A DNA stretch of 64,000 bases from Clostridia bacterium (GTDB lineage Bacteria; Bacillota; Clostridia; TANB77; CAG-508). Under the pieces are notes generated by a model. It made no database searches and had not been told where the DNA came from. It was given only the letters and a program-made list of their open reading frames with translations. Below, one piece after another: positions 11,029-19,143 of the stretch. The stretch spans positions 11,407 to 75,406 of the forward strand of contig CAAGEF010000115.1 of the NCBI GenBank assembly GCA_900768805.1, in the 5' to 3' direction. Numbering within the stretch: position 1 is the stretch's first letter; every line of letters starts with the position of its first letter. The position numbers and the translations under genes are program-made.

Positions 11029-11137
11029 AGAGTATTTCCTTTCTTAACTTTCATTTTTAAATTTTTATCTTATTTTTTGAACAATATAATAGGAGCTGCT
11101 TTGAACAGCCCCTACATTTTTGCTCCGTTATTCCGTT

Positions 11138-14100
11138 CTATATTTTATTAAAGTATTGATACTTACCAACTTTCAAGTTATTACTTAATTTAGTAAGCTC
11201 TTTTTGAATGTATTCAACACCTGAATCATTCGTCACATTTGGTAAATTAAGACTTACATTCATAACAATAGATGAATTATTGTTATTAATAGTAGTCTTT
11301 GTAGCATTTACACCTTTTCCAAATTCCATGTGATCCATTAAGAAGTTAGGATTAAGTTTTCCCCATTCCCACAAATTCTCACTCATCTCATTCGTAAATA
11401 CCGTATCACCTGCATTGAGTGGAGTAAATACTGCATTTCTGGTAGGTGAAGCAATGATTTCAGCACCTTTTTCTTGTGTCCATGACCATTCATCATTTTC
11501 AACTCTTTTATCACCTTTAGCACGTTGTTTTACACTAAAAGTCTTACTGTTAACAGAGACACCAGGAGCAGTTACTTTAGTAGAATTTAATCTTTCTATA
11601 GATTCTCTTAGTTCATCTACTGCTTTAGTAGAATCTTTTACAGAAGATGTTACATTGTCAAACATTTGAGATACTGCCGGAACAGTAGTAGAAGCAGTAG
11701 CCTTAGTTGCAGTTAAAGCAGTAGTAAGAGATTCACCTTCCGCTTTTGAATCCTTACCACCATTAATAGCTTTAGATGCGTCATAAGTAGATTCTTTAAC
11801 GACACCCATATCAGCACTGATAGAAGTAGCAGTATTATAAGAAGCATCAGTAACTTCACTCATACCACCAACAATAGTTTCAGTAGTATCAGTAGAAGAA
11901 TCCTTTACATCTTGTAAACCGTCGTTTACACCACCAATTGAATCAACTGCACCAGTCAAATCAATAGAAGCTATACTATCAAGCCCAACACCAGTCTTTG
12001 CCAAATAATCGTCAAGCCATTGTATATCACTAACGTTTGCCATAGTAGATAAAGCTTGTCTTACTGAATCAGTTTCCCCTTTAACTGACATCATGTAATT
12101 CAAATATTTATCTTTAAATTCAGCAAAAGTCTTATCTGACATATTAAGAACGTCTTGAGCAGTATATCCTAATTTGTTGAAGACATCTTCCATGTCTTGC
12201 ATCATTTTTGCATTAGTATCTAACTCACTCAATTCTTCCCAACGAGATTTGGTTTCTTCAATAGATTCAATCATCTTTTCGAAATACTCATCAGATTTAT
12301 CCATTAATTCCTGAATAGAATCTTTCTGTTTTTCGATAAGATCGATCTGTTCTTGGATAGCTTCTTTTTGCTTTTCGTAAGCATCAATTTGGTCTTGGAT
12401 AGCCTCTTTCTGCTTTTCAAAAAGTTCTATTTGGTCTTGAAGTTCTTCCTTTTGTTTTTCAAAAAGATCAATTTGTGCTTGAAGTGCATCTTTACCTTCA
12501 TTAAGCAAATCTATCTCTTTTTGAATTGCTGCTACATTAATGTCATTCTGAGCATCACGGACGTTTTCACGAGCAGTAGAAACTTCATCCTCATTGTTTG
12601 TATAAGTCCATTGACCACCTGAAAATGTAGACGTAGTGTTATTGTTAAGAGCCTTATCTAATTCAGACTGAGCTTTTTGTAATGCTATCTGTTTATCACG
12701 TTCATCATTTTCGTCCTGCATTTGGTCAATGATTTTTTGCTTCTCATCAATCAACCTATCATAGTTGTCGATTTCATTCTCGATAGCTTTTATCTGGTCA
12801 TCAATAGCGTCAGTTTGGTCTTCAATTAGCTCAATCTGGTCATCAATAGCGTCAGCCTGGTCTTCGAGGTCATCAATCAAATCGTCAATTGAGTCTATTT
12901 GGTCATTCAAGCCATCTATCTGTTTATCTAAAGCTTTAATTTGTGCATTATAAGATTTGTCAGCAGCATCTTTTAGCTTATTATACTTAGCAATCTGCTT
13001 ATCAATTAAATAAGTAGCACCCTTTATAGCATTATCAAGAGCGTCTTTTGCAATCTCATTTAATTCTTTTTGAGCTTCAGCAGCTTCTTTAGTATATTTT
13101 CCATACTTACCAACTGTCTCGCCTGTGAATCCATAACCTTTAGCTAATCTCTTTAACTGAGAATAATAATCCTTTATAGAAATTTTGCCATCATTATATA
13201 AATCCTCAATTGCGTCATGTTCAGCCTGATAAGCATTTGCCCAATCACCGTGTAAAGTCTTTTCAGCATCAGAAATTTCTTCTTCATACTTTTTGATATG
13301 CTCCGGTGAATCTTTTAAATACTCATTCATGAGAGCTTCTGACTTATTATAAAATTCACGCTCATTAATAAGCTCTTTATCAAGTTCATCTTGGAGAGCA
13401 GAAAGTTTATTTTTATATGCCTCTAACCACTTGTCCTCTTCTTTAGATTTTGAACCAGAACCAGAAGACTTAGGGGTAGAAGGAGCTTTATATTCAACAT
13501 TAGCAATTTCAGTTGTTAAAGTTTTAGCATATTCATTAATTGACTTTATAATCCACTGTCTAGTTTTAGGGTCAGTTTCATTTTCAAGGTCAGTTTTAAA
13601 TTTTTCTAATTTAGCAAGTGCTTCAGTTGCTACACCAGCAGAAGAAGCTAAAGTTAACAATTGGTTTATATCAGAAGAATTATCTATTCTTGCATTATTT
13701 ACCAAAAATTTTCTCATTTCTAAAATTGCTAAAGCTTGTTCTAAATTATCAGCAGACACAGCTTCATTTGCAAAAGCTGTTAATTCCTCTTCTGTCGCAT
13801 TAGCTAAATCAATACCTGCTTCTTCAAGTGCATTAGTATTATTAACAAGTTCACTAAATACAACAATTTCACTATTTGTAACGCCTATACTTTCAAGTAA
13901 TGAATTTACTAATTCAGCATTTTCTTTAGAACATTGTGCAAGACCTGGATTTAAAGCACTGACTACAGAATCTACTAAAGAATTAAAAGCACTTTGAACT
14001 TCTTCTGCACTAGAAGTAGAATCTGATAATACACTAACAAGATCTTCGAAAGAAGAATAGTCAATAGAAATATTTAAATCTGCATTTGAATTTAATGAAT

Positions 14101-16234
14101 CTATAGCAGACTTAATTTCACTAAACATGCTTAAATCAACATTATCTAAAGTAAAACCATCATCAGTAAAAATATTTTGATAAGCGTCTTTTATAGAATC
14201 AAATGCTGGTGATAATTGATTGTCAAGTTGGTCTACAAGGTCAGAAATAGAACGCTTTGACTTAGATGTATTTATACCTTTTATTTCTTCTTGAGCTTTT
14301 TCTACATTATTTAAAGCTGCTTGATAATTATTAGCCGATAAAGTAGCACCATTCAGTTTCTCTTTTTCATTTTGAAGTGCTTGTATAAACTCAGGTGAAT
14401 TTGCAAGTTTTTGTTGTTCTTCATTAAGTTTATCAAACCATTCTGATATCGATTTAATATCAACTTCGGTTATAGCGTCTTCAAAAGTATCTTCAAGATT
14501 ACCACTTATATCTTGTTTGTTAGGAATAAGTTTATTAAACCATTCTGAATTAGCTTTTCTATTAACTTCTGCCATAGAAGTATTAAAGGCGGCATCAAAA
14601 TTATCACTTAATTCTTGCTTATTTGGAGTAAGTTTATCTATCCATTCTGATTTAGTTTTTCTCCCAACTTCTGTTATGGAATCTTCAAAAATAGATTCAA
14701 AATCAGCAGTTAACTCTTGATTACTTGGAGCAAATTTATCAAGAAAATCTATTTTGATTTGTGGATTTATTATACCTAATTTAGTAAGATTATCAATAAG
14801 TTGTTCTATTGACATATTATACTTATTAGCATAAAAATCTAAATCTTCATAAGCCTTCTTTTGTTCATCAGTAGCGGTTTCAGTATCAAAGTTCTTTACA
14901 AAATTCTTTAAGCTTTCATCGCTATTAAATTCTTTAAGCTCGTTAAGGTCATTAGTAATGTCATTCTTCATATCATCTGTGTTAGCTGTAAAATCAATTT
15001 CAAATTCATTAGAATTAACTTCTGCAACTAAATCTTTATTCAAATTTTTGAAGAAATCTACTATACCAGTATCATCACCAGCTTCTTTTATAGCGTCATT
15101 AATTATAGATACATATTCATCTGCTGCATGTTTTGCTTCATCAGAATCAAGTCCATTTTTTTCTACCATTTCATTGTATTCTGTATAAGCGTCAAGAGCT
15201 TCTTTATAATAATCATCAAAAACATTATCTTCTGTTGGTTTTAAAATTTTTTCTTTTAAAACATATGCTTCATAAATTTCTTGATAATTTTCTAATTTTT
15301 CTTGTGTGGTATCAATAGAGTTAGATAATAAATCAAAGAAATTTCCAGTTTCATAATTCTTAGATATTTTTTGTATTTCTAATAATTTATCATATACTTC
15401 TTGAAGATTACCAGTGAGCATCATATCTCTGTCACCAGTTAATTCCACACCAAATTTATTTTGCAATAACTTGTCGAATTCTTCATTCCCGGAAATAGCA
15501 AATGTTACTTTATATTCGCCTTTTTCCATTTGTTCAAGCATCTTATCAAAATTAGAACCAGAAATACTTCTAAGACTATCTGTCCAACCTTCAGATTTAT
15601 TGAACTCATTAATCATAGACTGATATTGAGCATCAGTTAATTTATTAAGTTCTTCTGTTTGTCCTCTAACTGCATCAGTAATAGCATTGATAGCACCTTT
15701 CTCATCGCCATATTTATCAATTAACTCATCTTGAATTGTCATTAATTGTTTACGAGCTTGAGTTACTTCTTCATAAGAAGAAGAGGAGTCATGGATTGTC
15801 AACTGTAATTCGTCAAGTTTTGCTTTGTAAGACTCTATATCATTTTGAGATTCTTTAAAAGCAGAACCAACTTCAGAAGCTTTTTCAGCCAATCTATCAG
15901 AATAAGTAGCAATTTGTTGTATACCATCAACTATTGCACTAAATAAGAACATAGCACCGATATTTAATGCTGTGTTTAATGCTAAAGCAAGACCTTTCCA
16001 TGCTACTTGTTGAGCTTTACCTGCAAGAGTAGCAGTCTTCATTGCTTTTGTTAAATTTTCTTCCCCAATTACTGCACCATTTACAGCTTTCATTAAAGCA
16101 ATTGTTTCTTTTGTAGTTCCTTTACTTGCTTTATCTAGAGCTTCTTGTGCCGAAATTTTCTTTTTTATATATTCATTATATTTATGAATTGCATCTGAAT
16201 CAATATCAGATTTTTCAAAGAAAAATTCTTTAAA
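11138..16234 (-). CDS. tape measure protein, exon 3 (C-terminal ~1700 aa; exact 5' end within 16094-16234 undetermined)
   Basis: Track ORF 11138..16093 (MKAVNG...). Its frame stays open a further 47 codons upstream (FKEFFFEKSDIDSDAIHKYNEYIKKKISAQEALDKASKGTTKETIAL) with no ATG/GTG/TTG and no RBS, which points to exon continuation. Contains the hydrophobic TMP segment KGLALALNTALNIGAMFLFSAIV and long coiled-coil repeats (LIDDLEDQADAIDDQIELIEDQTDAIDDQIKAIE). Confidence 0.55.
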   Translation of the reverse strand, partial: FKEFFFEKSDIDSDAIHKYNEYIKKKISAQEALDKASKGTTKETIALMKAVNGAVIGEENLTKAMKTATLAGKAQQVAWKGLALALNTALNIGAMFLFSAIVDGIQQIATYSDRLAEKASEVGSAFKESQNDIESYKAKLDELQLTIHDSSSSYEEVTQARKQLMTIQDELIDKYGDEKGAINAITDAVRGQTEELNKLTDAQYQSMINEFNKSEGWTDSLRSISGSNFDKMLEQMEKGEYKVTFAISGNEEFDKLLQNKFGVELTGDRDMMLTGNLQEVYDKLLEIQKISKNYETGNFFDLLSNSIDTTQEKLENYQEIYEAYVLKEKILKPTEDNVFDDYYKEALDAYTEYNEMVEKNGLDSDEAKHAADEYVSIINDAIKEAGDDTGIVDFFKNLNKDLVAEVNSNEFEIDFTANTDDMKNDITNDLNELKEFNSDESLKNFVKNFDTETATDEQKKAYEDLDFYANKYNMSIEQLIDNLTKLGIINPQIKIDFLDKFAPSNQELTADFESIFEDSITEVGRKTKSEWIDKLTPNKQELSDNFDAAFNTSMAEVNRKANSEWFNKLIPNKQDISGNLEDTFEDAITEVDIKSISEWFDKLNEEQQKLANSPEFIQALQNEKEKLNGATLSANNYQAALNNVEKAQEEIKGINTSKSKRSISDLVDQLDNQLSPAFDSIKDAYQNIFTDDGFTLDNVDLSMFSEIKSAIDSLNSNADLNISIDYSSFEDLVSVLSDSTSSAEEVQSAFNSLVDSVVSALNPGLAQCSKENAELVNSLLESIGVTNSEIVVFSELVNNTNALEEAGIDLANATEEELTAFANEAVSADNLEQALAILEMRKFLVNNARIDNSSDINQLLTLASSAGVATEALAKLEKFKTDLENETDPKTRQWIIKSINEYAKTLTTEIANVEYKAPSTPKSSGSGSKSKEEDKWLEAYKNKLSALQDELDKELINEREFYNKSEALMNEYLKDSPEHIKKYEEEISDAEKTLHGDWANAYQAEHDAIEDLYNDGKISIKDYYSQLKRLAKGYGFTGETVGKYGKYTKEAAEAQKELNEIAKDALDNAIKGATYLIDKQIAKYNKLKDAADKSYNAQIKALDKQIDGLNDQIDSIDDLIDDLEDQADAIDDQIELIEDQTDAIDDQIKAIENEIDNYDRLIDEKQKIIDQMQDENDERDKQIALQKAQSELDKALNNNTTSTFSGGQWTYTNNEDEVSTARENVRDAQNDINVAAIQKEIDLLNEGKDALQAQIDLFEKQKEELQDQIELFEKQKEAIQDQIDAYEKQKEAIQEQIDLIEKQKDSIQELMDKSDEYFEKMIESIEETKSRWEELSELDTNAKMMQDMEDVFNKLGYTAQDVLNMSDKTFAEFKDKYLNYMMSVKGETDSVRQALSTMANVSDIQWLDDYLAKTGVGLDSIASIDLTGAVDSIGGVNDGLQDVKDSSTDTTETIVGGMSEVTDASYNTATSISADMGVVKESTYDASKAINGGKDSKAEGESLTTALTATKATASTTVPAVSQMFDNVTSSVKDSTKAVDELRESIERLNSTKVTAPGVSVNSKTFSVKQRAKGDKRVENDEWSWTQEKGAEIIASPTRNAVFTPLNAGDTVFTNEMSENLWEWGKLNPNFLMDHMEFGKGVNATKTTINNNNSSIVMNVSLNLPNVTNDSGVEYIQKELTKLSNNLKVGKYQYFNKI

Positions 16235-16355
16235 ATTAAAATTTTTTAAATCTTTAAATTCATTTTTAATTTCATCTATAGACTTTCCAAATAATCCAAT
16301 AGACTCAATCGCTCCTGTAGATTCATTTGTAATTGTTTGGAATATCGAACTTTAT

Positions 16356-16384
16356 TTGACATATACTTTGTGGAATAGTATATT
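16356..16384 (+). promoter_or_regulatory. sigma-A-type promoter for zinc-ribbon gene (TTGACA-N17-TATATT)
   Basis: TTGACA at 16356-61, 17-nt spacer, TATATT at 16379-84. RBS AAGGAGAG at 16404-11, ATG at 16420. Confidence 0.6.
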
Positions 16385-16419
16385 ATGTTAATAAAGAATC
16401 TATAAGGAGAGAATAAATA

Positions 16420-16764
16420 ATGTTAATTAATAGAGATGTTTATGAATGTAATAAATGTAAAAAATCATATTTTTTTGATACTGATAAACCTTATTCTAAA
16501 ATATGTCCTGAATGTGGAGAAGAATTAACCTTTGAATTAAATTACGATTATGATACTGAAAAAGAGCCACCATCAGTATACGACCCAACAGAAGATCCCA
16601 ATAGCCCATATTATATTCCAAAAGTAGAATGTCCATATTGTCATTCTACAAAAACAGAAAAGATAGGAGTTATAAAACGTTCTTTTTCATTTGGATTACT
16701 TGGCTTTGGAAGTAGTAAGGTGGGTAAAAATTACCATTGTAAAGTATGTGGTTCTGATTTCTAA
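16420..16764 (+). CDS. double zinc-ribbon protein (114 aa), function unknown
   Basis: Four CxxC pairs (C10/C13...C29/C32; C71/C74...C107/C110). Strong promoter and RBS. Encoded antisense to the TMP gene inside the intron-like insertion. Confidence 0.55.
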   Translation: MLINRDVYECNKCKKSYFFDTDKPYSKICPECGEELTFELNYDYDTEKEPPSVYDPTEDPNSPYYIPKVECPYCHSTKTEKIGVIKRSFSFGLLGFGSSKVGKNYHCKVCGSDF

Positions 16765-16936
16765 TATTAAATTCTATATTAGTTTTAAGTTTTATTGACA
16801 ATAAAACCAATATCCAGTAACATTATATTGTGCTACCTAAAGTGGTAGGCGGTTAGTCCTTTTGCGTAGAATTATCTACAGAACAATCACGAAAGGGGTT
16901 GTTTGAATGATTACACAAGAAAGGATAGTTTGAATA

Positions 16937-17029
16937 ATGTACATAACATTAGATCAGATAATCCAAATAGGAATTTTCCTAGTTGGATTTGCTACTCTGA
17001 TAATACTAATTGTAAAAGATACAAAATAA
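16937..17029 (+). CDS. type I toxin-like small hydrophobic peptide 1 (30 aa), bsrE/bsrG/Hol-Tox-like
   Basis: MYITLDQIIQIGIFLVGFATLIILIVKDTK: single TM helix with a Lys-rich tail. Own promoter TTGACA(16795)-N17-TAACAT. Structured 5'UTR motif GTGCTACCTAAAGTGGTAGGCGGTTAGTCC at 16830-59. Terminator directly after the stop. Confidence 0.5.
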   Translation: MYITLDQIIQIGIFLVGFATLIILIVKDTK

Positions 17030-17067
17030 AAACACCGCCAACTGCCCAAGGTTCCGGTGTTTTTATT
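17030..17067. terminator. bidirectional rho-independent terminator (module 1)
   Basis: AACACCG...CGGUGUU stem followed by a U-run on the plus strand and an A/U-rich 5' flank. Read on the minus strand the same hairpin is followed by a U-run, so it can serve both toxin mRNA and antisense RNA. Confidence 0.55.
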
Positions 17068-17119
17068 AAAAACTCATAAACTAAGGACTAACCGCTTGCT
17101 TAACGGTAGCACTTTTTAT
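17030..17119 (-). ncRNA. antisense sRNA 1 (putative type I antitoxin), convergent to toxin 1
   Basis: Perfect minus-strand promoter TTGACG(17154-49)-N17-TATAAT(17131-26). Predicted ~90-nt transcript covers the reverse complement of motif B (17085-17112) and ends at the shared terminator. Confidence 0.45.
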
Positions 17120-17125
17120 GACTTT

Positions 17126-17154
17126 ATTATAATCTAAATAATATAAAACGTCAA
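17126..17154 (-). promoter_or_regulatory. antisense promoter 1 (TTGACG-N17-TATAAT)
   Basis: Reverse complement of plus-strand 17126-31 attata and 17149-54 cgtcaa, with a 17-nt spacer. Confidence 0.55.
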
Positions 17155-17290
17155 TATATTATTATTTTTTCTTCGCTGGACTTATGTACCATAATTTGTT
17201 AATATTATATAGTGCTATCTAAAGCGGTAGGCGGTTAACCCTCACTCAGAGGGATTATTGTCTGTCCCTCTATGAAAAGGAGGGATGAAT

Positions 17291-17380
17291 ATGGTTACAT
17301 ATGATAACTTGATACAATTTTGTATTCTAATCGTAGCAATCATTAGTCTCGTTTACGAGATTTTTCGCAATAAAAAATAA
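17291..17380 (+). CDS. type I toxin-like small hydrophobic peptide 2 (29 aa)
   Basis: MVTYDNLIQFCILIVAIISLVYEIFRNKK. Promoter TGGACT(17177)-N17-TAATAT. 5'UTR motif GTGCTATCTAAAGCGGTAGGCGGTTAACCC. SD GGAGGG is flanked by two CCCTC anti-SD copies (CCCTCactcaGAGGG...CCCTCtatgaaaaGGAGGGatg). Confidence 0.5.
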   Translation: MVTYDNLIQFCILIVAIISLVYEIFRNKK

Positions 17381-17467
17381 TCGCCCACAGTCTGACAAAC
17401 TAAGCGATTATTTTTAATCAAAAAGTTATAAGGGCTAACCACTTGCTATATGGATAGCACTTTTTAT
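17377..17467 (-). ncRNA. antisense sRNA 2 (putative antitoxin)
   Basis: Promoter TTGACG(17502-497)-N17-TATAAT(17479-74) on the minus strand. Terminator stem AATCGC...GCGATT plus T-run at 17377-17416. Overlaps motif B2 (17432-60). Confidence 0.45.
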
Positions 17468-17473
17468 AAGTCT

Positions 17474-17502
17474 ATTATATTCTTTCTATCACAAATCGTC
17501 AA
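17474..17502 (-). promoter_or_regulatory. antisense promoter 2 (TTGACG-N17-TATAAT)
   Basis: Perfect consensus hexamers with a 17-nt spacer. Confidence 0.55.
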
Positions 17503-17675
17503 TATCATTTTAATTCCAACTGGACATATTTTACATAACTTGTTATTATTATACCATGAGGTTATGCTACACAACGGTAGACGGTTGCTTTCGCTAGAAT
17601 ATATTTTATTATTCTAAGAACTTCCATTTTGAAAGGAGGTTTTAGCATGGAAAATATACTAAGGAGAAAGCTTTT

Positions 17676-17756
17676 ATGTATGTGACATGGACTGATTTGA
17701 TTCAGTTCTGCATATTAATAGTTGCAATAATTGCGCTATTTAGACATAAAAAATAA
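17676..17756 (+). CDS. type I toxin-like small hydrophobic peptide 3 (26 aa)
   Basis: MYVTWTDLIQFCILIVAIIALFRHKK. Promoter TGGACA(17521)-N17-TATTAT. RBS AAGGAG. Preceded by a 12-codon overlapping leader ORF (17647-17685, MENILRRKLLCM) that may couple translation. Confidence 0.5.
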   Translation: MYVTWTDLIQFCILIVAIIALFRHKK

Positions 17757-17834
17757 CCGCCCTCTGTCTAGCAAACTTGGCGGTTATTTTTAACGTAACT
17801 GTCAACTAGGCAACCGTTTATCGGTATAACCTCT
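17750..17834 (-). ncRNA. antisense sRNA 3 (putative antitoxin)
   Basis: Promoter TTGACG(17869-64)-N17-TATAAT(17846-41). Terminator ATAACCGCC...GGCGGTTAT plus T-run at 17749-17792. Motif B3 at 17808-32. Confidence 0.45.
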
Positions 17835-17840
17835 ATTCAC

Positions 17841-17869
17841 ATTATATTACATTTAAAAAATTACGTCAA
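17841..17869 (-). promoter_or_regulatory. antisense promoter 3 (TTGACG-N17-TATAAT)
   Basis: Perfect consensus hexamers with a 17-nt spacer. Confidence 0.55.
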
Positions 17870-18300
17870 CATTTATTATTGATTCTGCCATAATTTATTA
17901 TTATTCAAAAATGAATAAAATTTCTATTTTGTTCCTATCTTCCACACCATGAAAATACGATAGGAGAGTATTTATATTTTACTGTCATGTCAGTTTTAAT
18001 GCATTAAAAGTATACAAATATATGTATAACTATTAGAGCAGTATCATAACTCATTACAAATTATGACTTACTTCTAACTTATAGTCAGTTAATGCTCCGA
18101 CTCGTTTCGAGCGCATCTTAGAGAAGCATCGTTTCATATAACTTCTCCCCAGGGTTGTCGCTTCTGTGAGGGCTTTTCATTAATATTATTTTATTAATGA
18201 ACTATCCCTGCGGATTGTTTCCTTTCCCGCATATTGCCTGTGTACGTTTAACTTATTGTATTTCAATAAGCGTGATATAAAAAACTTATACATAAACTTA

Positions 18301-19143
18301 TATGTATAATAAGGTCTTATCACCGACGGCATATTCTTTTGAGAAGAGGACGTATTTACCTCGTCTACCGTCACCTTTTAAACTCTTAAAGATTCCAAAT
18401 ATTCCACTACCACCAATTAGAGCAGTATTTAATACACCTATATTATTAACAACATCTAAAATACTTTTAGCAAAATCAATAAAGAAATTAATAATTTCAC
18501 GATTATCATTTCCAACCCATAATTGTTCCCATGCATTTTTTAAAGAATTTATATGTGCTTCAATTGTTTCCAATTGCTTTTCTAATTCTTCTTGTGCTGA
18601 ACCTTCTGAATCTAATGCTGATTCATACACTGATTTTAACAATTCAGGTTGTTGAAGAATAGCTGCTGCAACGTTTGAACGATTTTTACCTGCTAAAACT
18701 TCTAGAAGTGCTTGTCCACGATTCGTTCCAGCTTTTTTATCAGTTTCTAATATTTCTTGATATACTTCGCTAATACTTCTTAATATTTCATAAGTTGATT
18801 TATAATTACCATTATCATTTAAAATACTTACACCTTTAAAATCATTAGACTCAACAGCAGTAAAATTACGAACTGTTTGATCAAGTTTGGATTTAGTTTG
18901 TACTACAAAATCATCAACATCTTCACCTAAACTTGCTAACTCATCTTTTGCTTCTTCTGTGCCAAGAATACGAAGAGAAATCATTTTTAATCCTGTACCC
19001 ACAGATTCAGCGTCTTGTAAAACTGAATTTCCTGCTGTTACAAGTGCCGCAGCTTCATAAATATTATTACCAGCTACTTTTAAAGTTGCAGCCGATCTTT
19101 GTAAAGCACTTGCTAATTCATCGGTCGAAATTGCATAATTATT
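18301..19143 (-). CDS. tape measure protein, exon 2 (TMP core region)
   Basis: Begins at the 3' splice site with NNYAISTDELASALQRSAATLKVAGNNIYEAAALVTAGNSVLQD...GTGLKMISLRILG, matching the TP901/TIGR01760-type TMP core, then the first hydrophobic segment. The track ORF's first 60 codons are intron read-through. 3' limit (5'SS of intron 2) approximate. Confidence 0.55.

Larger units (their letters stand above)
16235..18300 (-). other. TMP intron 2 (group I-like core plus large opposite-strand cargo); boundaries approximate
   Basis: Minus-strand RNA 18300->18000 has a group I-like core. It parallels the two better-supported introns: P3 CAGG/CCUG; P4-P5 UGCGGG-AA-AGGAAAC-AA-UCCGCA; P6 UUCAUUAAUA...UAUUAAUGAA; R-like CAGAAGCGACAA and S-like AAACGAGUCGG (P7 CGAC/GUCG); P8 GAGAAG...CUUCUC; enclosing GCAUUAA...UUAAUGC. 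A ~1.7-kb AT-rich extension holds the plus-strand cassette before exon 3 resumes. The 5' and 3' splice sites could not be fixed by eye. Confidence 0.4.

Noticed and set aside
18000-18300. Group II intron as the explanation for the second TMP interruption
   Set aside because: No GUGYG 5' end, no domain V-like hairpin with an AGC triad, no AY 3' end. The elements present (P4-P5, P7 R/S-like) fit group I instead.
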